Part shown: positions 50,563 through 62,417 of the stretch, one piece after another
Layout: each line of letters starts with the position of its first letter
How positions within the stretch are numbered: the first letter of the stretch is position 1
NCBI GenBank assembly: GCA_043228905.1
Contig: JBHGNT010000020.1
Coordinates: forward strand, 2,790,001 to 2,854,000
DNA: 64,000 nucleotides
Direction: 5' to 3'
Origin: Azolla caroliniana
Lineage: Eukaryota; Plantae; Polypodiophyta
Position numbers and translations under genes: made by a program
The notes under the pieces: model-generated
Told to the model about the DNA's origin: nothing
The model's database searches: none
Seen by the model: the letters and a program-made list of their open reading frames with translations, nothing else

Positions 50563-52566
50563 TCATGCTAACGGCAGCACGATTTGACAGTCCTGTAGCG
50601 CTTGCCACGTCGGGTTTTCCCCTGGCTGTATGATTTCTTCGTCTTTTGGCATATTTTGGTCTCTTACTTCTGCCGCATTCTGTTCATTGGCCTGCTTGAT
50701 CCATTGTGCCGCTTGTTTTCTGATTGCCTCCTGGGCTTCCCACTCGGCGGTCTTTCCCTTTGACCGCGTTGTGACCTGCTGTACTTCTGTTATTTCGGCT
50801 GTAACCATGTTGACTTCCGGCTGCTTGTCATTGGTTTTGCTTGGGCATTGGTTACTATAGTGGCCTTCCTTACGGCAGTAATAACAGTACACCTTGTGAC
50901 TGTTGCTCGTTTCTCCTTTGTCCCCGGTTTGGAGGGTGGGTATGCTCCGGCGGTCGTCTTCGGTTTTTCGGTTATCCGGTACCGATACCAGGTTGTCATT
51001 CCTCGCTGCCTCCCGACGTTCCTCTCTTCGGAAAAATCCACGCTTCTGATTCCGTCGGAAATTTCGGTTCCCTTGTCGCCTTTCTTCTCTGCGTCGTTCG
51101 TATTCCGGGGATTCGTCTCGGTCGTACCGATCCCGGGGGTAGCTATCTCTGCGTCTCTCCTCTCGGTCATAGTTATCGCGTCTTCTATCAGCGTATCTGT
51201 TACCGCGTTCACGTTGGTAGCGGTCGTCTCTCCGGAATTGATCCTCGTCCGGGTTCTGATTGCGCGGTTCTATGTGTCGAACCAGTGCTGCCTGCCGATT
51301 TAACAGGTTATATTCGCATCGGTCCCTTGTATGGGCTCGAGAGTTGCAGATCATACATTGTGTCCGTAGGGTGCAGTCTACTGTTGAGTGCCCCGAATTT
51401 AGGCATGTTGTACATTGTAAGGCCTGTCGGAACCTCAGGTCTTCCTCCTTCGGGAGTGCCCGGTGTAACATCCCCATCGACAAGAAGGGGCTAGTCTTCT
51501 CCATTTCTAAAACCCGATCAATAACTTGGTCCATTGTGCTGGTTTGGAAATCAAGGACTCCACACATTGTTCGAAGTGGCTCTTTCAGCGCGGCCAAAAA
51601 GACTGCTTTGGCTTCGTCTTCGGGTGGTGCTCTTGTCAGTTGGCTGTGCAGGGTCTAAAACCGAATGATGAATTGTGGCACAGTCTCGTTCTCTTCCTGT
51701 CAGGTGGTGTAGAACTGCCCGACCAATTCCCTTTGCTCAAATTGTCTGTGAAAAAGCCTGAGGAATCTGGCCTTCAAGGCATCGAATGTGGCAAAGCTGC
51801 CCGGTAAGTGCTTTGCGTGCCATCGGGCCGCCGGTCCTTCTAAGGTTATGCCGAATTCGGCGACTTTGGATCGTTCGGCTTCGGGCTCCGTCAGTCTTTG
51901 GGAGACATGGTTGGCTTCCCATGTTTGGAGGAATGCGTACACGTGTGCCTCCGCGTCGGCCTCATCCCGGTACTTTGGGTATGGGTACGGCATCGTGTCG
52001 TCCAACTGACTCTCCTGTTTCCTCCGCTCTCTGTCCGCTGTTGGCGTTGGTGTGAGAACCTTTGGTTCCTCCGCGGGTGTTGTCGGTATCCGCTCCTTCG
52101 GTTCCTTCGCGGTTGTTGTCGGTATCCGGTCAGCTTCCCTCGGCGATTGCCGGTCACCGAATTCCAGGGTTATTTCTTCCTCTGGCGCCGGTGTTACTGA
52201 GTCTTCCGACCCCTCGTCCTCCCGGTCGTTTGGTGTGTCGTGGCTGCTTTTATATCGAGACACAACGCTTCCGTCACTTTCCGACTCCGCCTTAAGTGTT
52301 GCGAATGCTTCCGAGTCCCCGTCGCCCCCGGCGAGCGTCTGCAGTATCGTTTCTGCCTCTTGCAAGCTTGTTATGCTACTGCCTTCGTCGGGGATTTGCA
52401 GAACCCGGAACTGCAGTGCTTCTTCTGCGACTCTCCGAAGAGTTTTGGAGAATGACCGATCCCGCCGGATCTCGTCGATGGCTTGCTGCAGGGCTTCCCA
52501 TCGTTGCTCGCTTTCGGTGTATCGTCTCCCTCTTTCGGTGATGTGGTCATCGTTTGGTCTAGACAT
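50563..52566 (-). pseudogene. G2 Gag with three zinc knuckles
   Basis: LEGPAARW, CTTCLNSGHSTVDC, CMICNSRAHTRDRC, CYYCRKEGHYSNQC. Frameshift near 51700. Confidence 0.88.
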
Positions 52567-52601
52567 CCATCCCCCGGTTGTCCTCTGCACTTTGCAGGAA
52601 T

Positions 52602-52612
52602 CGTGGTCGCCA
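52602..52612 (-). promoter_or_regulatory. G2 primer-binding site (tRNA-Arg type)
   Basis: TGGCGACCACG, 6 nt after the 5' LTR on the minus strand. Confidence 0.75.
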
Positions 52613-54290
52613 AAATAGTGTTGTCTGCCTGGCCGGACTAGCCTCAACACAGGTGTCTATCCGACACTTCTCCAAAGGGGTGGTAAGGATTGGATGCTAG
52701 GTTACACGCGTAAGATGATTACAATTAAGCACAGACGGTAAACAATACGAGATACAGATAAACACGCAATAATTATTATTGTATTACTTCCGTCAAACCC
52801 TTTACAAATCATCGGATCCTTTTATAGGCATCCGGCAAGGTTACAATCGGTGCGCTTAGGCAACCGACATCCGAATCGGTCCGGATCCGGATCGGTACAA
52901 CTGTACCGGATCCGTCCCTCCGAATAATAATTCTACTATTATTTACTTCCTATTATCCGATCCGACTCCGCCTTCCCACTTGTCCTTGCTCTTCTGACCG
53001 GCCAACAATACATGATTATATGTTAGATGTGTGGTTAACACATAACACTCGATCATAACTTGGTCATGTCAAGAGTTCGAATCGTGGAATGACACAAGAG
53101 CATAAAGATAGAGATGAAGATCAAGGAGAGAGGATGGGCGAAATGGGAATACTAGATTGATATGTCCATGACTGGCGTTGTTCACCTTGAATTCCTTCAA
53201 GGTGAACTCAACTATTTATACTAAGTGGCATGCATACCTGTTGCACGCATGTGATACAATAGAGCATGTAGGCAGTAGGTACGCATGCATGTGCCAAGTG
53301 TTAATAATACAAGGGAGAAATAAAGCACATGATGTTGGCTAAAACCTACAATGAGGATATATATATATGATTATATGTTAGATTTGTGGTTAACACATAA
53401 CACTCGATCATAACTTGGTCATGTCAAGAGTTCGAATCTTGACACCTTTATGATCAATTGATTCAGTATTGATTATTTGGTACGGAGGGTCCTAAATGTT
53501 TAGTTGTATAACTTGTATTAGTACTAACATTGTTTATTCCATTGTACTTTTTGTGTCTACTTGAATTAGGCTTTATATGACCGAAAAAATAGACATGAAT
53601 GTGTTGGCTTTTTAGTACTAACATTGTTCGGATCCAGATGAAATATGCATGTCCAGGTGGATCAGTACTATATTTGTTATTTTGGACTCATGTTATAATA
53701 TGTATGCTTATAATATGAATGTGGTAGTTTCTAACAACACAACACCGGGGAAGGTAATTGACAAACCAGGCCCCGCGTTACTACGTACAGAGTCTGCTGC
53801 AAATTCCAAAGTCCATGGTCGTTCCTTAGTGATACCTGATGAAGTTTATGATGAAGATGAATGTATGAGAAAGACCATTGGAACAATTGAAGATGTGATT
53901 CTTGAAACAAAATCTCCTAGCTCAGCACGCCCTGACTCTATGAATGGTAATGCTAATTGTGTTTGCCTTTCTAAATTCTGAAATGTTGGTATACTACTAA
54001 TTTATTATGTGTTTATGAAAGAGCCTACTGTGGTGGTCACATGGACCACACCTAGATTAGGCCCCTACCAAGCCCCATGCACCACACATAGACCACACCC
54101 AAATTAGGCCCCTACCAAGCCTCATGCACCACACCCAAACTAGGCCCCCACCAAGCCCCATAATTAGTAGAGCTAATTGGAGCGGGAGAACACCCTCCAC
54201 GCTAAGAGAGAGTCTATAAAATGTAACTTGAGACATAATGAAAAGGAGGCTATTCTGGAGAGCATTTCACATCTTGAGCATTTCACATCT

Positions 54291-54307
54291 TGGTGGAGAA
54301 GACGGGC
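54291..54307 (+). promoter_or_regulatory. G3 primer-binding site (tRNA-Ala type)
   Basis: TGGTGGAGAAGACGGGC, preceded by a 16-bp duplication of the LTR end. Confidence 0.7.
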
Positions 54308-54347
54308 CAAGCCACCCCAACTCACGACCCCAACAACGCCCGCCACG

Positions 54348-55298
54348 ATGCAACACGACAACAACGACGGCAACGCAAACTCGATGAATCCGGAATTCCT
54401 ACAACACAATCAAGGACACCAGCCCACATCGCCAATCGACCAACTGGTTCAAGCTCTGTCCAACATCATTTTACAAGTTAACCATACTAACCAAGCCATG
54501 TTGTCCTTTCTTTCAGCACGATCCGAGCCACAACAAAATCTCCCGGACTCTCGAGTTCGCCCAAAACCGTTCTCCGGCCTACCATCGGAAGACGTCCTCT
54601 CTTGGCTGGATCATTTCGAAATGGTGGCCAGTTACCACCAGTGGCCACACCCTCGGAAGGCAATGGAGATGAAGACACTCCTCGAGAATATCGCGGCAAC
54701 ATGACTTGTACAACAACCCGAAGAGACACGCAACGACTGGGATCTGTTACGGGCAGCCATGATTCGGAATTTTGCTCATCAAGACTCCCGCCAGACGGCC
54801 CTACAACAACTTGAGTCAATTACCCAACAACCACGCGAACCCATCACCTAGTTCGCGGTTCGTTTTGTGCAGATCCTACGCCGGGCTGACGCCAACATGT
54901 CGAAGGACATGAAGTTGTTTTTTTTCTGGCCGCGTATACGACATGACCTCTGCCGCCGTGTACGCGATCAAGGCCCGACGACACTACACGAAGCCATCCT
55001 CACTGCCCAACGCATCGAAGCTGCAGACGCGCACGACATGCACACACTAGGTAATCTCAGTCATGATCATACAAACACTATACCAGCCGTCACTCCCATG
55101 GACATCGACATCCAGAATGCGCAATTACGTGCCAAGCGTGCATTGCCCGAACGAGACAGCCAGGGACGCCCCAAATGTTTCTACTGCAACAACTATGGCC
55201 ACATTCGGCGTCACTGCCGAAAGTGGCAGAATCACCAACAGAAGCAGAACGTCCAATTGCCTGACGCTGCCTCCCTCTCTGAGCTCCCGGAAAACTAA
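54348..55298 (+). pseudogene. G3 Gag (in-frame stops)
   Basis: PKPFSG...WLDHFE, TPMDID, CFYCNNYGHIRRHC. Ends GGAAAACTAA. Confidence 0.88.
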
Positions 55299-58200
55299 TG
55301 CGCGGGGTGCCGCAGGGAGAGCCGCCCCCGCACGTCCACGTCTCCACGTCCTCAACTTCTCCCGTTTCTCCCACGATCGAGCCGCCCCCGCACGTCCACG
55401 CCTCCACTTCATCAACTTCGCCCATTTGTACCACAATCGCCCGCCTCCAGCACACGACCCAAGAAGTTCTCCTCGACTCCGGCAGCAACATCTCTTCCAT
55501 CAGCGTAGATTTAGTCACCCAATTACAACTTCCCACGAGCCACGCACCGCCCATTAAAATCCTCTTCGGCGACCAACAACGGGTGTACCACTCACATACG
55601 CAAGTCAGGTGCATGCTCACCATTAGTTCCGCCCAGATCCACCATCGTTTCTACGTCCTCCCGCGCCAGTTGTTCCCAATCACCTTGGGATGTGATTGGT
55701 TCCTCCATAGTCGAGCCTGTCTCGATTTCTCCGCACAACAGCTCATCCTCCCAAATCACATTCCGATCGCGCTCTTCACTACTCCGCGGGATACCACCCA
55801 CATCAGCAACACACAGTACCTGATATCACCGGCGGAGCGCATCAACGACATCAGACGGCTCCTCGCCACCTTTCCCTCGTTGTCTACACCACCTGTAAAA
55901 CCTCCCTCGGTCCGTTTTCCGATTCACCACACGATTCCTACAGGCAACGCCCGCCCCATCAACGCAGCTCCCCGACGTCGCTCGCCTCTCGACCACGAGC
56001 GCATCGACAACGCCATCAAAACTAGGCTCCAACAAGGGATTATCACACCTTCCAAGAGCGAGTGGATCTCGGAGCCACACATGGTAAAGAAAGGGGATGG
56101 TTCTTACCGCTTTTGTGTCGACTTCCGACAACTGAACCATGTCACCACCCATGACCGATACCCTCTCCCTCGTATCGATGACCTCCTCGACCAGCTTGGC
56201 AAATCAAAGTACTTCACCTCCCTCGATCTAGCCTCGGGATATTGGCAGATCCCGATGAATCCTCACGATGCCCACAAAACTGCATTCCGCACTAGGAAAG
56301 GCATTTTTCAGTTCACACGGATGCCCTTTGGCCTATCTGATGCGGGGAGCACATTCCAGCGAATGGCTAATGCCATCTTCGATGATCTCATCACCCGCCG
56401 TGTCGTAATCGTCTATCTAGACGATATTCTGGTACATACAAGGACTTGGGCAGAACACCTTCAAGTCCTTCGGGAGGTCCTACCTTGTGTTCAACGCTAG
56501 CGATTGCAGCTGCAATGGAAGAAGTGCCGATGGGGTAGTACGTGCCTCCGCTTCCTTGGGTACGTCATCTCCTCCAACGGAATACAAATGGACCCGGAGA
56601 AGACAGAAGCAGTCCAAAAATTCCCACGCCTCACCACAGTCAAGCAGCTTCAACGCTTCCTCGGCCTCCTCACGTTCTCTCTTCGTTTCATCCCACGGCT
56701 AGCCGACCTGTCAGCCCCACTACGCGCGCTCCTACAAAAAGACGCACCCTTCCTGTGGACCGAAGCCTGCGAATCCAGCTTCCTGCAGCTCAAGAGAACA
56801 CTCCAAGCCTCTGACCTCCTGGCCCACCCTGATTTCACGAAGCCTTTCCATCTGCAGACGGATGCCTCCAATGTCGGCCTTGGTGCGGTCCTGCTCCAAT
56901 CCGACGACAACGACCAACTCCGCCCGATTGCCTACATCAGTCGGTCACTTACCAAAGCCGAACAAAATTACTCGACAACTGAAAAAGAGTTCCTCGCCAT
57001 CGTCTGGGCATTCCATCGTTTCCACCCATACCTTCACGGATCAAATACATCAGTCGAAACCGACCATCAGCCATTGCTCTCCCTCATAAAGAAGGCTCAT
57101 CCACCCGGCCGCTTACTTCGTTGGGTTTTGGCGCTACAGGATTACACATTCACTCTGCGCTATCGCCATGGTCCACAAAACATCGTCGCCGATGGATTAT
57201 CCCGCATATCCTTTCAAGCGAACCAGATCACCTCCAACACAATCGATTTCCCCATATCCTCGTCCCAAATGGCCAACATGCAACAACACGACAAACAAAT
57301 CCAAGATATCTGCCACCGCCTACGAGCTGAACCGACATCATCCCTCACCAAGCAATTCATGATCCAGGATAATGTCCTACTTTTTTGTCAAGTAGGCAAA
57401 GAACCCCGAGTCTACGTGCCTGAGCAACTACGCCAGTCTTACCTTCGTTTCTTCCACGATCACCCGTTGTCCGGCCACTTGGGTTTTCATAAGGTGCTCG
57501 ACAAAATTCGTCGCAAATTCTATTGGCCTGGGCTACGCCACGAGGTCGCCTCCTACATCAAAGCATGCAACTTATGTCAGGCCATCAAATCACCTCAAGT
57601 GGCTCAAGGCCTCTTACATCCGATACAAGTTCAAGCTCCATTTGAAATCGTCGGATGGGACATTATGGGCCCCTTTCCCGAGTCACAAGGAGGGAACAAA
57701 TTCATCCTCGTCATCACCGAGTACTTGACGTGTTGGGCTGAGACGGCCGCTATCCCAGATGCAAAGGCTATGACCATCGCCTCCAAACTATTGGAGAAAA
57801 TCATCTTCCCCCACGGTTGCCCACTCCAAATCTTGTCCGATCGAGGACCCCAGTTCAACGGTGAGCTCCTACGCCTCGTTTCAACACAACTAGGAATCCA
57901 ACAGTTATTCACGTCACCCTACCATCCGCAAACGAATGGGTTGACGGAGCGCCTCAATCGAACCTTAAAACAACAAATCTCAGCCTACATCGATCCGCTG
58001 CACTCAACCTGGGACCGAATCTTGCCCTTCGTTACGCATGCCTACAACACAACTGTGCAAGCCTCTACCCGCATTAGCCCATTTCGGGCCCTTTACGGAA
58101 GGGACCCGCGCTTACCCCCAGAAGTGGCAGTCCCGCAACCAACCACACGACTCCACGCTGACGCAGTGTCTTGGTGGTCCCACCTACAACAACTCTAGCC

Positions 58201-58582
58201 CCTCCTCCGCAAAGCCATCACGAGCAACCTGCACCAGGCACAACTACGCCAAAAACGACAACACGATATAGGCCGTGTCGACCATCAATACCACGTCAGT
58301 GACAAAGTCCTCGTCTATTTCCCCATCTGTCGTCGCGGTCTCAGCGAATCGCTCATGCACCGATGGATCGGTCCCTTCGAAGTTCAAAAGCAGATACGCG
58401 ACACTACATACCTGCTCCGCCGCGCCTCCAACAACCGCTCTACCTTTGCTCACCAATCTCGCATGAAGCCCTTCCATCAACTACCACCGCCCCCGCCCAC
58501 ACTCATGCCTACGCCCACGCCCGTGTCATCCCCCTGTCTGGAACCGTCGTCCACGCCTCGTCGCGCTTCGACTGCACAGTAA
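55298..58582 (+). pseudogene. G3 Pol (PR-RT-RH-INT), -1 frame, few stops
   Basis: LLDSGS, SLDLASGYWQI, VYLDDIL, LQTDAS, GWDIMGP, LSDRG, PQTNGLTER, WIGPF. Confidence 0.95.
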
Positions 58583-59321
58583 CTTTTTTTTTTTTACAAG
58601 GGGGAATTGTGGTGGTCACATGGACCACACCTAGATTAGGCCCCTACCAAGCCCCATGCACCACACATAGACCACACCCAAATTAGGCCCCTACCAAGCC
58701 TCATGCACCACACCCAAACTAGGCCCCCACCAAGCCCCATAATTAGTAGAGCTAATTGGAGTGGGAGAACACCCTCCACGCTAAGAGAGAGTCTATAAAA
58801 TGTAACTTGAGACATAATGAAAAGGAGGCTATTCTGGAGAGCATTTCACACTACAAAGAAGCGTAATGCTACAAGGAAATTGTACAAAAAGGGGAAAAAA
58901 TGCAAAGTTGATTGTTGTGCTGGGTAATACAAATTCTCACAAACTTGTGGTTGTTGTCATCTTGATGAGTTAGACTAATACTGCATACTTTTGTTTTTAG
59001 ACAAGGAAGAAAAGAGTAATGAAAATGGAGTTACAAATTGAGAGCCACAATATGAAGAAGAATTTATCTCACTTCCAAGTACATGTTAGTACCATATTAC
59101 TTCGCGTGACAATATTACTTCAGGTGACAATAATGTACATGTGTATTAATACATAGGGCATGAGGAAGAGCCCCAAGTTGAAACTGGGATCATCCCAAGC
59201 AACAATGATGATGTAACAGTAGGTAAACATTTGTCCCTTAACCTTAATCATTTGGCTAGGTGCCTTCACTTTTTCAGAATGTGAATTGATATTGTTCTTG
59301 GATCACTTTACTATTATTTAG

Positions 59322-59791
59322 GAGTAGAAGAGCATGTAGATTCACAAATACCAGCAGATGATTCAGAAAATTTATGGAGCAATCTTGATTATTCTAGCTC
59401 AGATGCTAACACACATGAATGTGAGATCAGTCAAAAAGAGGAGTTGGAGTGTGAAAAGCCTGAGGTGACAAGCAACTTTGCAATGGAGTCTGCAGAGAAT
59501 GTGAAAATGACCCGAGGAGAGAATGAGATGTGTGTCCAAAACACCACAAGCAACCTTAATCTAGGGCAAGGATGTAACATTAAGGAGACCCCTGCAACTA
59601 CCCAAGAAGGAGAGTGTGGTACTATGAATGAGGGGTCTGTCCAAAATACTGCAAGTAGCTTGCACTTGGAGCACTCTAATAATGTGGTAGTGGTGTCTAC
59701 CCAAGGAGAGGAACATGTTTGTACTCCTAATAATGTGGTAGTGGGAACTACCCAACTCCCTAAAAAGATTATAAAAATTTCCGATTTTTAA
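59322..59791 (+). CDS. Probable last exon (acidic, low complexity) of the transposon-borne gene
   Basis: Open frame after a ...TTTAG acceptor. Small GT-AG-bounded exons near 53730-53946, 59001-59078 and 59157-59222. Confidence 0.35.
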
Positions 59792-59895
59792 AAAATGTTT
59801 TTCATAATTACTTAGTACTAACAGTACTAAAAGTACTCGTGTTTTTCTTGGCCAAAAAAGGTACTTTTTTGGTACACCCTAGCATGCTTCAACCC

Positions 59896-60303
59896 CTGAA
59901 CTAGTTTCATTTCTATCTTAGAAGAAACTAAGCGTCAACTTTTCCTCACTCATGTAACATATTGTAAAGATTAAGGGCTCACACGGACATGAGATATTTG
60001 TGCAGTTGTAGTCCTATAGTTAATTTATTTGCTTTAAAAGCAATAGATAGAACTACAACATGTCGTCACGACATGTTGTGTGCTTTAGAGTAGTATTCCA
60101 ATGGGACAAGCAAAATGTATTTGAGTCGATTCGAGAACGGCATGTTACATGACAAGTTGTATAACAATATTCTAGAAAATTCTCAAAAAATTGAATTAAT
60201 ATGAAACTTTGCTCAAATGGACCGTTTTCATGGACTAGTTTCATTTGGATCTTACAAGAAACGTAAGAGCACTACTGGTTTATTAAGGTAACAAATCGTA
60301 AAG
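59896..60303 (+). repeat. tDNA satellite, partial monomer
   Basis: Direct continuation of the monomer interrupted at 37922. Confidence 0.9.
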
Positions 60304-61140
60304 GGACTTTGCAGTTGCAGCCAGGCGGCCCCCTTCGCAACGGCTGGCGAACATTGGGAATCACCGATTAGGCGCTCATTGCCTTTTGGAAGGGTCTTTG
60401 GCGTCTCCACATGCCTGAAAAGATTAAGCTCTTTTGGTGGCAGATCGGTCAGAATGTGGTGCCCGTTGGCGAATGGTTAGATAAATGTGGCGGCCCGTTA
60501 GGCTGCCCACTGTGCTCTCTACCTATTGAGTCTCTGAGGCATTGTTTGTGGGATTGCCCTCAAGCTCAAAAGGTATGGGATAGAGTGACTCGCCTCCTTG
60601 TGGCATGTGAAGTTGAAGGAACAGCCTCGTGGAGCGCTGCGGCATGGATTGATCACTCGGTCGAAGGGTGGAAGAGAGGCAAAATCGTCAAGATCCGTTT
60701 TGAAAGAGGCTTGCAGCCCGCATCCCCTAGGTTTCCGGAAATTTGGATGTTGATCGCAGGTTTCACCTTGTGGTATATATGGAAAGCGCGTTGCCTCAAG
60801 GTCTTCCAAGGTAAGGTACGGCCCTCGGAGGAAGTGATTCTGGACATATGGTTCGCGCTTATCAGCTGCCTACGAGGGCAACTGGAAGAGGTTTGCAGCC
60901 ACTCTAACGACGTGACCACTGCCCATTTGCGCTTTTGGTAGAAATGGCGGAACACACCTATGGTGATGCAAGGCGGGAGTAGCCCGAGGTAGAACTACCA
61001 GCCCCCACGTTGGTTGTTTCCTACTCACCTGCCACCCTCTCTTCGGTGTAGGCCCAAAGAGCCGACTCGTACTAGGCAACATTGAAGCGAATCGCCTTGG
61101 ATATAGGTAGCTTCTTACATTAAGTTAAGGACTCAACTTT
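60304..61140 (+). mobile_element. LINE-C, 5'-truncated (zf-RVT and C-terminus only)
   Basis: CPLCSLPIESLRHCLWDC, LWYIWKARC, NYQPPRWLFP. Confidence 0.85.
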
Positions 61141-61616
61141 TTTAGAATGAACTAAGGCCCAACTTTTTTTCACTCATGTGACAAATTGTAAAGATTAAGG
61201 GCTCACACTGATATGAGATATTTGTGCGGTTGTAGTCTTATAGTTAATGCATTTGCTTTGCAAGCAATAGATAGAGCTTCAACATGTCGTAACTCCACGT
61301 TGTGTGCTTTAGAGTAGAATTCCAATGGTACAAGCAAAATTTATTTCAGTCACTTCGAGAACGGCTTTTGATAAGACACGCTTTTTAACAATATTGCAGA
61401 AAATTGAATTAATATGAAGCTTTGCTCAAATGGACCGTTTTCATGGACTAATTTCATTTGGATCTTACAAGAAACGTAAGAGCACTATTGGTTTATTCAG
61501 GTAACAAATCGTAAAGATTCAATACTGAGGCTAATATACAATAACTCAGCGACAAATTTTTCTCGCACATTTTTCTTTCTGATTCTTTACGAATGCCTAG
61601 AAAATATGGCCGAATT

Positions 61617-61688
61617 GCGCTTGTAGTCCAACGGTTAGGATAATTGCCTTCCAAGCAATAGACCCGAGTTCAACTCTCGGCAAGCGCA
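61617..61688 (+). tRNA. tRNA-Gly(TCC), intact cloverleaf
   Basis: GCGCTTG/CAAGCGC acceptor, GTCC/GGAT D-stem, ATTGC-CTTCCAA-GCAAT, CCGAG-TTCAACT-CTCGG, discriminator A. Confidence 0.9.
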
Positions 61689-61954
61689 TACTATGTTATT
61701 TGAATCACTACATCCAACGGAAAAGAAAAAATGATTCAATTCCATTCCAACACAGAATGATACGTACCTTTCAAATTTTCATAACTACAACGTAACAAGA
61801 CAGCACCATAGTGATTTAATCTAAAGCTTTGCCAAAACAACTATTTTCCTGCACTAGTTTCATTTCTTTCTTAGAATAAACTAAGGCCCAACTTTTTCTC
61901 ACTCATGTGACAAATTGTAAAGATTAAGGGCTCACACTGATATGAGATATTTGT

Positions 61955-62026
61955 GCGGTTGTAGTCCTATAGTTAATGTATTTGCTTTGCAAGCAATAGA
62001 TAGAGCTTCAACATGTCGTAACTCCA
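61955..62026 (+). pseudogene. Decayed tRNA-like paralog in the second half of each monomer (example copy)
   Basis: GCGGTTGTAGTCC...TTGC-TTTGCAA-GCAATAGA...TTCAAC is colinear with tRNA-Gly. Confidence 0.7.
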
Positions 62027-62345
62027 CGTTGTGTGCTTTAGAGTACAATTCCAATGGTACAAGCAAAATTTATTTGAGTCAATTCGAGAACGGCTTTTGA
62101 CAAGACACGCTTTTTAACAATATTGCAGAAAATTGAATTAATATGAAGCTTTGCCCAAATGGACCGGTTTCATGGACAAGTGTCATTTGGATCTTACAAG
62201 AAACGTAAGAGCACTATTGGTTTATTCAGGTAACAAATCGTAAAGATTCAATACTGAGGCTAATATACAATAACGCAGCGACAAATTTTTCTCGCACAGT
62301 TTTCTTTCTGATTCTTTACGAATGCCTTGGAAATATGGCCATATT

Positions 62346-62417
62346 GCGCTTGTAGTCCAACGGTTAGGATAATTGCCTTCCAAGCAATAGACCCGAGTTC
62401 AACTCTCGGCAAGCACA
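62346..62417 (+). tRNA. tRNA-Gly(TCC), one acceptor-stem mismatch
   Basis: Ends CAAGCACA instead of CAAGCGCA. Confidence 0.75.

Larger units (their letters stand above)
43029..53007 (-). mobile_element. Ty3/Gypsy G2 (Athila/Tat-like RT) with extra 3' ORF, TSD ATACA
   Basis: 389-bp LTRs at 43029-43417 and 52619-53007, about 3 differences seen. ATACA at 43024-43028 and 53008-53012. Confidence 0.95.
41394..53444 (-). mobile_element. Non-coding LTR element X (TRIM-like) with three LTR copies, TSD CCTTT
   Basis: LTR 41394-41805, LTR 42680-53083 (split by G2), partial LTR 53085-53444. CCTTT at 41389-41393 and 53445-53449. Minus-strand PPT (TTATCCCCCCTCC on +) at 41806. Confidence 0.88.
54029..58850 (+). 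mobile_element. Ty3/Gypsy G3, compact and GC-rich, 4-bp TSD CTAC
   Basis: 243-bp LTRs at 54029-54271 and 58608-58850, nearly identical. CTAC flanks. PPT AAGGGGGAA. Confidence 0.95.
37923..59895. mobile_element. TIR-bounded DNA-transposon-like insertion (PIF/Harbinger- or Sola-like termini), hosting three LTR elements
   Basis: Left end GGGTCAAAGCATGCTACGGTGTACCAA; right end reverse-complemented GGGTTGAAGCATGCTAGGGTGTACCAA. Flanks CTGA/CTGA (or TGA). The satellite TTTTCCTGAACTAG is restored on removal. Confidence 0.85.

Noticed and set aside
44046-52618. Many overlapping plus-strand ORFs over G2
   Set aside because: Antisense shadows of GC-rich coding sequence with no motifs.
20360-60310. Strict sequence-specific (R2-like) insertion of the LINEs
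   Set aside because: The three junction sequences differ; only positional preference remains possible.
61760-61940. Minus-strand splice-donor-like motifs in the satellite, suggesting a tandem exon array
   Set aside because: No consistent open frame across copies, implied introns are too short, and the tRNA explains the unit.
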